From Nemertoderma westbladi (Eukaryota > Animalia > Xenacoelomorpha), in NCBI GenBank assembly GCA_032718475.1, contig JAUCBJ010008896.1, positions 202,330 to 266,329 on the forward strand: DNA of 64,000 nucleotides, in the 5' to 3' direction. Position numbers and translations under genes: made by a program. Below the pieces are notes generated by a model that was not told where the DNA came from, searched no databases, and saw only the letters and a list, made by a program, of their open reading frames with translations. Below are positions 1 to 14,086 of the stretch, in pieces (the stretch's first letter is position 1; every line of letters starts with the position of its first letter).

Positions 1-77
1 TACCTGCATACAGCAGTTAGGGTATAACTTTTCGCCGTATCCGTATCCGTATGCATTTAAAAAAAGTGTCTCCGTTC

Positions 78-258
78 AGCTGCAGGCCATTTATTCTATT
101 AAATAAATACACAATGTTCTAGAACATTTTGTTTATCTCATAAGTAGCTTGGCAACAATGCAATGCCTACATGATAATACTATTTTATAGATATTCCCAC
201 ATAATCAAAATGTTCTAGAACATTGTGTATTTATTTAATAGAATAAATGGCCTGCAGC
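78..258. repeat. Inverted repeat / small foldback element
   Basis: gctgcaggccatttattctattaaataaatacacaatgttctagaacattttg (~79-131) is the reverse complement of ~206-258. Confidence 0.75.
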
Positions 259-330
259 GGAAGAAAATACATGCAAAATTCGAATGTCCATATCTCCGCT
301 ATTTCACAACCAAATTCAAATATTTTTACA

Positions 331-2402
331 GTCTTATCCGAAGGCTAGCCAATGGTAGTGTTGAATGGGTGAGTATACGAGCTCTCATGGCTAGTAGACT
401 GATTGCATTAAACAAGTGTCCTGGGGTACGTCCAATAGGGATCGGGGAATCACTAAGACGGGTTATGGGGAAGTGTATGGCTGATGCAACAGGTGGTGAC
501 GTGCAAGAACTCTGTGGTGTCGACCAACTGTGTAGTGGGTTGTCTGCTGGAATAGAGTCGGCAATACATGTTATTAGAGACCTCTGGGATGAACACACTG
601 GTCAGGGATGGGGAGTGTTATTAGTCGATGCGAAGAATGCTTTCAATTCCATCAATAGAATCACAGCTCTGTGGAATATTCGAATTTTCTGGCCTCGATG
701 TGCTCGATTCATTTTTAATACCTACCGAGGTTACTCAATCCTGGTTCTCCATGGGCCTTCCGGAACTCTCCATTTACTCAGCAGAGAAGGGTTCACACAG
801 GGAGACCCACTGTCAATGCTGGGATATGCTGTCGCTGTCTACCCCCTTATCCTCGAACTGAAATCTGACGAATATAATCAGGTATGGTTTGCAGATGATT
901 CAGAGAACGTGGGCGAATTGATAAAGCTTCAAGAGTGGTTCATTCGCCTCATAAAGCGTGGACCATCCTATGGGTATTTCCCAGAGCCTGATAAATGCAC
1001 CCTTGTGGTTGATAGTGGTGATGAGACAACTGCACGCCATTTATTCAGTGGACTCGGCATCAATGTGGACGGGAGTGGTGTGGTAAATGGTACCAGGACC
1101 CTGGGTGGATTCGTCGGTGATAACAGTCTCCTAAATCAGTATATATCTTTAAAGGTTTACAAGTGGGAGACTGACATAGAACGCCTTGCAGAGATTGCCG
1201 TCAACCAACCACAAGCCGCCTACTCAGCCATAACACGCTCACTGCAATTTCAATGGGGATTTCTCCAGCGAGTGATGCCATCTAGCACAAAGGAACTGTA
1301 TACACCAATAGAGAAGGCCTTGCGTGACAAGTTACTTCCAGCGATTATGGGTGGTTCAGTTTCCAATGTGGAACGGAAGCTGCTTTCCTTACCAGTAGGC
1401 AAAGGTGGCTTGGGAATCCCTGATCCGACTCAGACAGCAACTACCTCACTAGAGACTTCTCGATCCGCAACGCAAGTGGCATGTGAAGCAATCAAAAGTC
1501 GTTCAGAAATTAACTTTTATGAACATGGACGCTCCGTGAGGGAGGCACGGCAATCCCACTCCAAGCAGGCATGTGAACATGCCGACAACATCCTTGATTC
1601 GGTGCAGAATGAATTACCCCCATCTCGTCGACGAGCAGTTGGAAGGGCCTCATCATCGACTTCGAGTTGGCTGACAGCACTTCCGCTCAAGTTACAAAAC
1701 TTCGATCTGGCAGCCAATGAGTTTAGGGATGGACTCAGTCTTCGCTATGGACGTCCTCTAGTGGGTGCACCCACCAACTGTGATGGCTGCGGTTCAGCAT
1801 TCACTCTCTCGCACGCCTTGGATTGCAAGAAGGGCGGTTTAGTAACATTGCGTCACAACGAGGTGCGAGATGCCCAGGGTGAGCTCTTTAGCCTGGTATT
1901 CTCGGAGGCATCAGTAGAGAGAGAGCCCATCATCCGCGAGGCAGATGAGCAACACAACATGGAAGGACTGCGAGGTGACTTATCTGTACGGGGATTCTGG
2001 CAGCAGCAGAGGAGGGCGTTGTTTGATATTCGAGTTGTTGACTCTGACGCCCCCTCTTATGCTACCAGATCAGTACAGTCGCTATTGAGCAGTGCGGAAA
2101 GAGAGAAGAAAAACAAATATCTGGATGCTTGCGCCCAACGTCAGGCTGACTTCTCCCCTTTGGTTACCACAGTAGATGGCGTTCTGGGTACAGAGTACTC
2201 CATGGTCCTCCGCCGCCTGGCTGAGTTCCTCAGTACCAAGTGGGATAAACCCTACTCCCAGGTAATGTGCTGGGTCCGCACCAGACTGTCGTTTGCGACA
2301 CTGAGGGCCACCTGTGCCTGTTTTAGATCATCCAGGTCACGTTGGCGGTGCTCAGGTGTAACGGATGGAGCTGCACTACCTCGATTTACACTCGAGAACT
2401 AG
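331..2402 (+). CDS. Reverse transcriptase with CCHC finger and RLE endonuclease (N-truncated)
   Basis: Motifs VRPIGIGE, LLVDAKNAFNSI, EGFTQGDPLS, FADD, GGLGI, CDGCG..HALDC, RHNEVRD, RGDL..FDIRV..AEREKKNKY. The predicted start at 225 runs through unrelated flank. Confidence 0.85.
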
Positions 2403-2621
2403 ACACTTCCTGCTGCTGGTATTGAATAGTTTGCATTTTCAGGTTGTACAGTTTGCTGGGTTATCAACACTATTTTACAATAGCTATATATGTTTGTCTT
2501 CTGTCTTTCCTCCACTTTTTGGCCATATTTCATTAATATTCTGTGCAGGTTATTGTTATTGTTATTTACAATGAATTGTTATTGATAAATATATAGAACC
2601 AATAAAATCTGAAAAAAAAAA
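331..2621 (+). mobile_element. 5'-truncated CRE-clade non-LTR retrotransposon (RT + restriction-like endonuclease)
   Basis: RT-RLE ORF ending at 2402, then an AT-rich 3' UTR, AATAAA at ~2601 and a poly(A) tail at 2612-2621. Confidence 0.85.
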
Positions 2622-3995
2622 TATTTTTACATATTTGGAATCCTTGCACGGTCAGCTTTCTACTAGTAAGTACCAACAAATCACTAAATGTTTGAAGAAT
2701 AACTGCGGTGTAACTGGTGCAATATCGACGGAGACACTTTTTTTAAACGCTTGTAGCTTAAGAATGAAAGCAAAAAAAAAAATTCTGGCTCACCCACGGA
2801 GGAGGAGGGAGGTGAAACTATCTCTGTTTCAAATTTCCTGCAATATTATTAAGATTTGTAGAAAAATTTGGGGGAAGCCATGTACCTGAATAACGACACT
2901 ATATTCCAGGACATGGTGTATGTACTGTATATGATCTTCCAAATACAAACAGTGCTAGACAAAAAGTTTTTAAACAGATGATAACTGATGGATGACCTTG
3001 GGGGTGGTGGCCGGGTGGGGGGGTTCTGGATCACTAACGAGCTTATGTGACTAGGGGGTGGGGGGGTGCCAAAACGGTGATAAAAAAAACAGACAAAAAC
3101 GGTAATATTGTGATGGCGGTGATATTTGAATGACTCCTAAATGATAAAATTGGTTTTTGATCAAATTCTAGGAGGCCTAACACTGTAGGCCTAACTATAA
3201 ACACCTAATCTTATCAACATTTTTCATTTTCATATATCATCAGAAATGAGAAGGGAAAGTTATTTTCTTTTAGGACAGCTACATATTTTTCCCTTTCATA
3301 CAGTATGGTATAGCTTTAATGGTTTGGTGTTTGGAAAAGCGGAAAGACCAATGTGGCACGATGGAATCACTGATTTTGACATTCTGCAGCTGTGAAGTTT
3401 TCATAACAATTGACGTCAAATTGGTGGGCGCGTTATTAGGTTATCCGGCGTAATTTTTGGATGGATTCCATATTGGCTTAGAGGCCGTCCAGAATTCCCA
3501 CTGTTAAAGTTTCCAACAGAGTGCGGTTGGAATGTTTATTTATCCGCATTTGTTTACGCCTAACAAATCGCCGTTAAACTGAACTAATGAATTCGAATTC
3601 CCACTTGAACACTCATTCTTCAACTTATCGGATTATGCAACAAAACTTCAGATTTTATTTTACACTTATCGGGGTCCCTTCCTCAAAGAAAGTACAATCA
3701 GTGCAAACTGAAAAACAACTGTGTTAGAGATAGTTGGACTAATTCTGTAATTGCTAATAGCATCTGTACTGCCTGACTGCCAGTGAGAGCCCAATATTTA
3801 GAATGCTGGGATGAAATTGGCTGTGAGTGGCTGGTTTGTACATCAACCATCTACACCGATAGACAAGAAATTAAGGGAGTCCAAGAATTCAAGATACTTT
3901 ATTGAGGTGAAGCGAATGAGCTAAAATCGCATTCTGCTCTATATCAATATCTAATCGTATGTATTTTTACTCCAATGGGGGAGAGTGCGAGACCT

Positions 3996-4335
3996 CTATC
4001 TTCTCCCCTTAGCGCTTAGCATAGCATCCATAGAAGATAACACTGATCTGCTCAGATGCTCAGATCTGCCACTGAATCTAAATCTGTGTTCATGGAGGGT
4101 GGTTGATACAGGTGGTATAGTACCATAGAGCACGGCATTTGTCATGTGTTGTCTCCAGCTGATGTTTAGGGCTGCCCTTAGTAGTCTTGTGTAGCAACCA
4201 TAAATTCGATGTTCAAGTGATTTAGTCAGTGTCCAGGTCTCACCCCCGTATAAAAATACACTTTCCACTGTGGCTCGAAAGAACTTAGTCTTCAGGTTTC
4301 CTGGAGAGATCTGATTTCCAGATGATTCCTTCGAA
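3996..4335 (-). pseudogene. RTE-like LINE RT C-terminal fragment
   Basis: ESVFLYGGETWTLTK..GCYTRLLRAALNISW is a typical RTE thumb-region motif. Confidence 0.75.
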
Positions 4336-4865
4336 TACGTAAGGGAAAGGCATGGGCAGCCTTGAATAGGCTTTCCAGGATTTGGAAGTCACCGAGAATT
4401 AATCGGAAACTTAAGGTCCGATTATTTAGAGCAGCAGTAGTTCCAGTACTCCTCTATGGGAGTCCATGCTGGGCTCTAACTGCTGAGGACACCAAATCTC
4501 TGGATGGCACATTCACAAGAATGCTACGCCGGGTTGATTGTACACTGTACACTGTACACATTGTACAATGCACACATCTCCAACCAGACACTATATAACA
4601 TTGGAGGTGTCTCATTGGTTCCACCGAGCTTGGCACTACAACAAAGTCGCCCCCGCTTTGCAGGACATTGCTATCGCCATGAGGACCAGCCAGTGCATAA
4701 TCTTGTGCTTTGGCAGCTTCATGGAGTGATAAGCATGGTGCACAGCCCATGACTTTCTTGAGATGCATCTTAAAGGACACTGGCCTTGAAGATGCGGATG
4801 ATCTAGCAAATGTCATGGGTGATAGGGAGTTGTGGCGGCGCAATTTTGTCGACAAGCCGGCACAG
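4336..4865 (+). pseudogene. Second RTE-like LINE fragment in the opposite orientation
   Basis: KLKVRLFRAAVVPVLLYGSPCW..LDGTFTRMLRR, RFAGHCYR; frameshifted. Confidence 0.7.
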
Positions 4866-4867
4866 CA

Positions 4868-5200
4868 TCATTTAAAACTGCAGCTTCTATGCAGCATGCC
4901 GATCCTAGTAGTAGTGGGATTCCCATCAAATGTTGCAATCATGACCCTGGAATTTATAGATTCGATGTTGTTTAGGGTCTGAAGTGCAAATTGGCTTAGC
5001 AGAATTCCTACTCCACCAATTGATGCATTGGTCGAATTTGTTTCTGATGCCCTTGTTACTGACGTCCATCCCTTTCCAATGTCATTGTACTTCATGGCAG
5101 TGTCTTCATGACAAATTCGATGTTCTTGGATACAGATGATGTCGATGTTATATTCCATTGCCAGAGCAACCATGTCACCCTGTTTGCTATGTGCTTTCCG
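4868..5200 (-). pseudogene. LINE AP-endonuclease fragment
   Basis: IDIICIQEHR..GGVGILLS..RVMIATFDGNP. Confidence 0.75.
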
Positions 5201-6724
5201 TACGTATGTGTGAGTTCATTGTGGCAAACTTTAGTATCTTTTTACATTTCAACAGGTTGGTTCTTCTTTCTTCTCTGTCTTCTGTTCCAGTAGCCGATTT
5301 TTCGACCCCAGCCTGGTACCGAGCCAGTATTTCTCCTGGAGGGTTCTCATACTCCTCTATCTTTCAATTGCGGGAGTACTTCAATTGCGGGATTACTGCA
5401 CATAATAACCATCATATTTCATTGGTTTCGACATTGGTTTTCTGTGGTTACTTCAGCCCCTCTATGATCTGCATGATTACAACATATCCATATATGAATG
5501 ACAAAATAGCATCCCATTGTCTGCCGGTTCAAACTTCATAATATTAATTGGTAGGTCAAAATTTAGTTACCGACTGATACACCATCTGGATCTGGCCGCC
5601 ATCAGTAATTATTTAGTAAGTTTTTTGTCAGGTTTTCAATAAACTTATGTTTAAGCATCTTCATCACCGTACCGTGTATCATAATTTATTGCTGATTGAT
5701 ACTGTACTGCAATCATCAGCTATTGGGGGAGAACGGATTATTGTTCACTTGTCCTTCCTTTCCCCATATCATAATCTATGTGCTGACTCGTTGCCAAACT
5801 ACAATCAGCAGCTGGTGAAGTGAAGAAGAACCTATTGTTTTCAGTCGTCATCATTGAAATAACATGTTGAAATAGCTCGCTCTACACTCTAATGCTCTAT
5901 CCATATTATTATAAACATAATGTTTGCATTATCATTAATATTTTATAACAAAACAATACCATTTTTACTGTTTTGTTTGTTTAACAAACACAGTTTCACG
6001 TTGAACCAACAGATCACCATACTGCACTGCCAAATAATAGGCCTATTTGCTTATTATACAGTACAGTACTGTACAGCTGTGTTTGACAGCTTTATTACTA
6101 TACACAGCATTGCAGTCCATGACTACAGTATTCAATTTACTTCATTATTAAAAATGACTTTAATATTTATTTTAAATTTTAACCAATTTTATCAAAGAAT
6201 GCAGTTTGTAATATCAATTTAATGTTAAGTTTACTTTAAAAATCCTCTTTAAATTAAATTCATTTTTCAAGTAATAATTCTTGTGTTTTGCAATGAGTAC
6301 AGTAGCATTTCATATGACATTCATATGACAGGTATGAAGGAAGCTAATAGTGTGACTTGTTTTTGTAGGTCCCTACTGTACTCCGAAGGCCTACCCATAT
6401 GGGCGGCACGTATTCATTTTTATCAAATATCCAGATATCCATAAGTCATCCAAATGGCAGGTGACTTTTGACTTAGGACACCAGCTGACCACCAGTTTTT
6501 GTTTAAAAATTTGCCACACCCCCTTTATGACAGTATGACTTATGTCTATAAGGGGTTGGGAATTTTACAAATGATAAATCTAAAGATAGGCTTATTGTGT
6601 TTGTGTTGTTACTAATTAATCAGCTTTATTTATAAAATTGGAGCTGCAATGACATCCTGGTTATCTAATTAAATATATATATATATATCTTATGGTTATA
6701 ATTATTACAACCACTAATTATATA

Positions 6725-8813
6725 CAGTCGGGGTCTCAAAGTGCATCTGTTCTTTGAGATTTTCTCAAAGAACTAAAAGTGTCTCAAATTTCTAAAAGTG
6801 GTCCAAGAAAATGACAAAGTGTCCTCAAAGATTTCAAAGTAGTACTGTCAGTCATTTCATACAGTCCTGCCTGAAGCTGGCTATGGTAATGGGGTATATT
6901 GACTTTGACTATAGGGTAAAATATAAGTAATAAAAACCGCTATGAAACAATAAAGATGCCTCCAAAAAATACTGCAGTAATAAATATTTGTTACTGAAAG
7001 TAAGAATTAAACTTACTGCAGTAATAAAAAATTGTCTTTTTCTGCAGTAACAAATAATTTGTTACTGCAGTAGAAATTGTTATTCAATTATTTATTAATA
7101 TTGATTACTGCAGTATAAATTTTTATTCAATTATTTATTAATTTATTAATATTGATTATTGCAGTATAATAAATATTTGTTACTGCAGTAATAAATATTT
7201 GTTACTGCAGTAATAAATATTTGTTACTGCAGTAATAAATATTTGTTACTGCAGTAATAAATATTTGTTACTGCAGTAATAAATATTTGTTACCGCAGTA
7301 ATTGTTATTTATATGTTTACTGCAGTAACTAATATTTAATACAGCAGTATTTTTTGTAGGTATTTTTATTGTTTCATAGAGGATTTTATTAATTTATATT
7401 TGGACTCTTTAGAGACGCCATAATTGCGGGCTATCGGAATGTGTTGGTATTTGTGTCATAGACAGTTTGTCTGTTGCCCTATCTATATTAATGTATATGC
7501 TAAAACTGTACTGTTTTAATTTGTTTAGCCCACGTGAACGCCGAATACCTTTACCAATGCATTTCAATGGTCAACCAGCCATACTTTTGCCGCACTGTAA
7601 ATTGTGTTTAACAAAGTAAAGAATAACGATAGAGGCAGGAATAAAGATAAATGATTCAAGCGCACTAATTGGCTGTTCCCATAGATGTTTTAGGCATTGT
7701 TGGTGCGCAATGCATATGGTCAGAGCGACCGCCCAGTCTGCCAAAATCTATTATGTAATCAAATGGTACCACAAGCCAAGCAAAGCATGTGACAGTTCTT
7801 TCCGACTCTGCACCTGTTTGTTTGAAGGTCGCCGTCCGTGGGTCGCTGCTCACTAGCTGTGATTGATAGTTTAAACTGGGTGCGGCTTTGCCAGAAGGCG
7901 GTACACATCAATTGAATATGAGGCAAACATTTAAAATATGCTCAAATATAAACGCCAGCGGCAGGGGATATTTTAATATCTCTATTAAGCTAAAACAACA
8001 CAAGATTGTAGCCGTTCTATCGTACTTGAAAGTCGAAAGCCTTTCTTAGTTTTTAAGAAGGAATTCTCGCGCTCTCGTCAACATAGTTATCATATTAATT
8101 AAACAGTTAAGGTAGTACGGTTTGACCTGAGGTGACTAATGAAATGAATAACAAAAGTTATTACAAGCTTTCTCCCAACAGGGCTTCTTTAAGTCATTAT
8201 AATGAAACTGCGTATACACAGAGATACTACAGTGCAGTTTCTCTTATATTAATTGTTAATCTGATATTGTATTATGTTATTAAAATAATCAATCTTGTCA
8301 AGCATTAATCTTGTTTCACTAATTATGTTTCATGTATTATTTGAATGAATGTTTTTTAGAAAGACTTTAGGGTGTCGTAAATTCAATTTGTACTTGCGAC
8401 CGAAAACCCATCCCTTAATCACCTCAGGAACCTCAATTTGATAAATTAATGGGAATATAGCTTCTATGCAACAACTGGCCAGCACACAAGTATCACTTTG
8501 TTGCCCGCATAATATTGTTCCCCGAGAATGCCTCTGCCTCTCAGTTAACTTACTACGAGCTGTCAATCAGGAACTCCTCGGAGTTTATTTTCTCAAAGAA
8601 TTAAAAGTGCCGCAAACTACCTCAAAGTGACATTTCTCAAAGAATTCAAAGAATACAAAGTGCCTAAAAGCAGGAAATCACTTTGAGATTCCCAACTAAA
8701 AGTGTCTACAAGAATTCAAAGCGGCCGTTGGGAATAATGTAATGACTTTTAGACACTTTTAGAAAAACTTTGAGAAAAACTCAAAGAACAGATGCACTTT
8801 GAGACCCCGACTG
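6725..8813. mobile_element. Non-autonomous DNA transposon, Tc1/mariner-like ends
   Basis: TIR cagtcggggtctcaaagtgcatctgttctttgag at 6725 and its reverse complement ending at 8813. TA flanks both ends. No transposase ORF. Confidence 0.85.
6888..7421. repeat. Nested foldback element containing a 22-bp tandem palindromic repeat
   Basis: Degenerate inverted ends (ctatgaaacaataaa..aaaaaatactgc versus gcagtattttt..tttattgtttcatag) enclose repeats of ttactgcagtaataaatatttg. Confidence 0.7.
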
Positions 8814-9399
8814 TAGTTGTCTTTTTGATGATTTTAAAAATATCATTCAACTATCGGAGCATCTCAAAATGATAAAAAGTGATAAAAAAATCATCATCAC
8901 CAACATAGATAATCCTACAGAAGGAGGAAATTATATTGTGTTGCATTACCTGAATGATAAAGCTTGTATTAACTTTCTCAAAGAAGCGATGGATGGTGTT
9001 TCTCTTACTGAGGGTATTGTGGATGGTTTTGTCATCTTGGATAAAACTAAAGCATTCATTGAGATTCCATCACCGAAATGTTGAAGAGATATCTCAACCG
9101 CAACTCTTTCCAGAAATATTACCGCAAAAGTCGAGATTGTCAAATACATTAACCAGCGCATCAGCTGCAAAGAAACAGAAAGTTGGTAATATTGTTACCT
9201 CAATTCCAGTAGATGAGGCTAATAATTTTACCTCGAAACCTGAGCTCATGTCAAGCAAAACCTTATTGGTGATTGGTTTCAAATTATTTAACCTGGTAGC
9301 ATATAAATGCTAAGATACAGTCAATAACATTTCATTTTATTTTAATCTTTGGAGATATTTTATTATTATTATTATTATATAATCTAAACAAACTTCGAT

Positions 9400-12300
9400 A
9401 TGGATAAAATAGTATTGTGTTGCCCATTCTGTCAAATGAATGTAACTAGACATAATTATTTACAACACCTAAAGACACATTTTGAAGTTTATTCTTGTTT
9501 TAAATGTCATGTTATGACTTCATGCAAAGAAATTTGTAAACGACATGAATCTACGGGTTGTAAAGAAATGAAGTTTTGCATGTATCAATTGATTTGTTCT
9601 ACTTGTAATAAAGAGTATTCATTTGAGAATTATTTACGTCACGACTGTCACTTGAAATGTTATTATACAAGAAAGCGTAAATCACCGCAACATAAAAATA
9701 TAATATCTAGAAAAAACTTAAGACTGGCTCTTGGTACATGTGCAACAATTTTTACTCGGAAACTAGCCACTCACGATAATTGTCTTGAAATTTATGTTCT
9801 CGATCTCCCGACTTCTAGAGATTATCCTGATGTAGAAACACCATTAGCACAAATTCGTAGTAATATTCTTCAGTTAATATTAGACAGACTGAAAGAAATG
9901 AATGTTCTTAGACTACGGTTAGGTCTAAATATATTAATGTACAGAAGGTGAGCAATTAGATACGTTTTATTTTAATTCTTCTGGCGCACCTATTAATACT
10001 GTAGATACGTCAGGAAGTTGTGATATTTGGTTTGAGTATGTTTTAGAAAATATATTGCAGAAAATAGCTACGTTTATCATACGCGGTTCTGGGTAGCACA
10101 TTAAATCTTTATTAAGAGTTGAAATTAAATTAGCTGAATCTAAGTGTAGGTCGCTACTATTATAAGGGACATGGATATATGGAATTGCCAAAAGCGTTAA
10201 AAGATAAACATTGTGTTTTAAATATGCAAACAGCTGATAATGGCTGTTTCAAATGGGCTATTATAACCTCAAAGTTTTGTAGCAAAGTGAAAGATCACAG
10301 ATACCATAGCTGTAGTTCACAGTATAAAGATTACATGAATCATTTTATTTTTGATAAGGGTAAAAAAGATTATCCAACAGAATGGCAGCTAGCGATTAAA
10401 CTTTTTGAAAAACAAAATTCGAAATATATAATTAATTTATTTTGCTGGAAAAACAACAACAACAAACAAGCTCCAGTATCTATATTAAGACAACCTCCGT
10501 TTAGTAAAATTACACCAGATAAAGAGTAATTAAATATATTACTTGTAAAAAATAACAATGCATCTAAACAAAATCATTATGTATGCATAACTAACTTGAA
10601 TCGATTGCTGAATACGTAAGCTTAACATATCCACAATAGACAATAAGGTGAAAGGTGTCGCATTTCTTTGATAAAGATCTTCTCCAAAGGAAGAAGTCAA
10701 CGCAAGAATTTACCTAATGAAAAAAGAACACACATTAGTTTTACAAATTTAGATAGAACCTTATCTCCATTGTTTGTCACCTATTTCGATATAGAATGTA
10801 TCTTACAACCAACAGTTAATATGAGCATATACCATATGCTGTGAGTTATTTAATTGTTCCAAATAGTGAATTAATTGATCCACCAAAATGTCCTTTGAAA
10901 ACATTCGTAAAGTCAAATAATAATAATAATTGTATTCAAGATTTCTTAGATTCATTATATACTGATTTAACTGAATTATGTCGTTGGTCAGAAATATATA
11001 CACATAAAAGTATGTTATTTAATAATATTGATTTTTTAAATTTTGAAAAGGCAAAAATTAGTTCATATTGTAATGTTAGTTTAAATAATGAAACAGGGAA
11101 AAACAGACATCACTGTCATATTACAGGTAAATATATTCCCACAGTCTGAAATAGGTGTAACCGAAGTTTATCAATGAAACGATACATGTATGTACTCTGT
11201 GGACACAAATCAATACGATATTCATTGTATATTACAAACCAGTTTTAGAGATAAGAAATACTCAGATTGGGATATAAAAGTCATGCAGAGAAATACAGAA
11301 TGATATATTTCACTGAATGCATTTATACCAATTAAAAACTCTTCTAGAAAAATTGAGCTACGAGTTTTAGATACATATCAATTTTTAAGCTTTTCTTTAA
11401 GTAATTTAGTTGATTGTTCAACAAACGATATAGCGAGTGATGATATAAGCTCAGATTTACCCATTACTGTGAAATGAAATATTTTCATCCAAACTTGAAT
11501 AACTCAACAATTAATCGGAAAGGTGTATTTCTATACAAATGTTTAATGACACAAATTTGCCACCTATAAATAATTTTTTTAGTAATTTAAGTAAAAAAAC
11601 ATGTACAATTGAAGATTATAGCTTTGCTGAATCATCATGGGTAGAATTTGACTGTTTGAATCTCAAAGATCTTCTCAAATCTCTTCTCGAATCTCTTTTA
11701 GCCTACTTAAAGCTTAATGTTTGCTTGCTTGCTGATATATTCTAGTATTTTAGGAATGTTTGTAAACAAAATTACGATTTAGAAGTGATTTTTTATTGTG
11801 CATTTATATTTTTATTGCATTTATATTTTTATCTAAAATATAATAAGTGTAAAATAGAATTCTAGAAAGGCGGGGTAGCTCAGTTGGTTGAGCACCGGGT
11901 CTGCAATCTATTGGTTGTAGGTTCCGCCCCGCCAGGGTCCACTCAGCCTTTCATCCACTGGGGTCGATAAAATGAGTACCAATTAAATAACTGGGAGCAA
12001 ATCTTGGGATAGGAGTAGCGACCACTCCTACCCTTGGGTAGCAGCTATCGAAAGAGGAGCCTTCGGGTCGCCTCCGGCTTCGGCCAACTGTTTGCTTGCT
12101 TAAAATAGAATTAATAAAAGATTACCAAACATACAGAGATTTTGAAAAATCAATTAGGGGTGTTGTTTCATTTTGTCGTAAGTATTATATAGAATCGAAT
12201 ATACCCGAAACAAGTACATATGATTCCACTAAGGAAGAATGTCGATAATAATATTGATTTATTGAATATATATATATATTCATATGAATACACATTTGAT

Positions 12301-12445
12301 ATACACACATATATACATATGAATATATGTATATTTATCGAATATTGGTTTAATATTGATTTTAATTCATTATATTCCGGAAATTTAAGTAAAAAACTAC
12401 CTGCCTCACAATTCAAAGAAGTAAGTATTAAACGTATTAACTGTA
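9400..12445 (+). pseudogene. polB: Protein-primed family B DNA polymerase, 5' part (with upstream Cys/His-rich segment)
   Basis: LPKALK..NMQTADNGCFKWAI, RHHCHITGKY, DTYQFL, RKGVF, YLKLNVCLLADIF, DFNSLYS (motif A). Many stops and frameshifts. Confidence 0.85.
11862..12100 (+). mobile_element. tRNA-derived SINE
   Basis: A-box-like ggtagctcagttggttgagc, degenerate B box, central ccactcagcctttcatcc..ggtcgataaaatgagtacc, short (gctt)n tail. 12-bp TSD taaaatagaatt at 11850-11861 and 12101-12112; polB reading resumes after it. Confidence 0.85.
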
Positions 12446-12634
12446 ATGTACATGGCTACTTAAATGATAAATTATAGGGACATTGCTATCACATCAATTA
12501 GTAGTAAAATTCTAGAATTAGTATATCATGACCAATTTGGCGCAAAACTAAGTACTTCCAATTCACAATTTGGCTTAAAAAATAAGTTAGGCACAGAATT
12601 ATGCGTATACACTTTAAAAGAAATCATACAGTAC
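12440..12634 (+). pseudogene. CR1/L2-group LINE RT, left piece
   Basis: NYRDIAITSISSKILE..QFGLK..GTELCVYTLKEIIQY joins YLDNDSPIYICFIDSSKAFD at ~34164. Confidence 0.85.
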
Positions 12635-12707
12635 ACTAGTAATGGTTACCCCTTTTCTGTGACAGTTGGACCAACTTCACACCTTAGGTGTTAAGTAGGT
12701 CATTAAT

Positions 12708-13342
12708 TGTGACGGGATCAAAGGACCCCGACCGGGTAGATTGTTTCGTACGCGTCACCGCAGGCTGGGATGTCACTGATTGTTTGGCCGAGGCCGTTAG
12801 AGAAAACTGAATTGAGTTAATGTTGTTGTTCGACGGACTGATATGATATTGATGGCACAGTTGAAATGATATATTTAGTTAATTGGATGCAGAATAAGTG
12901 ATACCGGTAATAGTAACTAAACAGCCAATGTTGTTGATAGTGACGGTGAAGGTGAAACAACATCACCCATCTGCACTGAAACTGATAACTGAGTAAACTG
13001 AATGATAAACCAGTAGCAAGGAGATAATATACGACACACCAATATTACTTCACTGCTACTTTACTTTGGCCTCCTTCGCCCTTATTGGCTAATAACCTAC
13101 TTCACACCTTTCCACTCTCTGGGAGTGTTTCCCCCCTGTTGCTAGCCCCTGCTAGCTGTCTCCCCTTCCGAGGTGGTTTGACCTCTAACCTCCCTTTGTG
13201 TGTGGCTTTGGGGTTTGTACTGTCCCCAATGTTGGTTGTGATACGAGATTAGTTACTGCTAATCTCGTATCTCCAACATATTGCTGAAAATGCCACTATC
13301 CTATTTTATGAGGGTAATGCGGCGGAATTGAATCCGCTTACA
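12708..13342 (-). repeat. 3' LTR of the BEL element (635 bp)
   Basis: Reads TGTAAG...GTCACA on the minus strand, preceded by PPT gggggggag. Ends in gatcccgtcaca like the LTRs at 45356 and 51891. Confidence 0.85.
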
Positions 13343-14086
13343 CTCCCCCCCATGCTATCTTCCTGGTGAGAAGATAGCATCATCTACAAGTGCGCTTCAA
13401 TTCCGCTGGAACCAGATCTACTATCGGGTATGGGGTGGAGTTCTTTTCTCGGAGTAGGCTTTCCAGGCCGCTCCCTCTGGGTATGATATAACTACCCCTT
13501 CTTGGTGCAACCGAAACCTATGTTGCACCAAGACATCTGACGTCTCTGTTCGAGACAATTGTGGACTCCTCTCACACAATTTTTATATCTCCTCACTCTA
13601 AACTGACTCTAACTTTAGCTCCACTCTAACTCCACTCTACTCTATCTTACTCTCGGACCTCTCTGTCCCTTACTCTCCCTCTTACTGCTCGTTCCCCACA
13701 TTTTAAATTGCACCCGTATACTTTCCACACGCGTCAACACCTCCTCTCACTATCTTCCCTGTGCTCCTGTACGCAACCCTTACTTGTTTCGCTCTACTCC
13801 TTCCTGACGAGCTTCATCCTCCCTTTCCGTGCCGTCGCACTCAAGAAGTGTGATTCGTCTAGTGTCTCGTCCTCCTGTCATAGTCAATTGGTCCCCAGTC
13901 CCAGTAGCTAGTTGGAAAAGGTTACATGACTATAGTACTTACTTTGATTATATTGATTCTAATTATACTCTATTGATTATTACATACGTACATACTAATT
14001 GCACTTTTATTAAATTTGCACTTAGGAGTTCGTATTGCTTCGCATGTGGTGCCTTCCAGGCATCCCCACATCTCCCCCTCCAAGTC

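Noticed and set aside
225-330. N-terminus of the 725-aa ORF
   Set aside because: Read-through from a flanking inverted repeat; the retroelement is 5'-truncated.
5600-6720. Possible host exons (splice-like sites near 6330-6370)
   Set aside because: No coherent reading frame or recognisable protein.
11869-11940. tRNA gene
   Set aside because: Degenerate T-arm, and it is the head of a TSD-flanked SINE.
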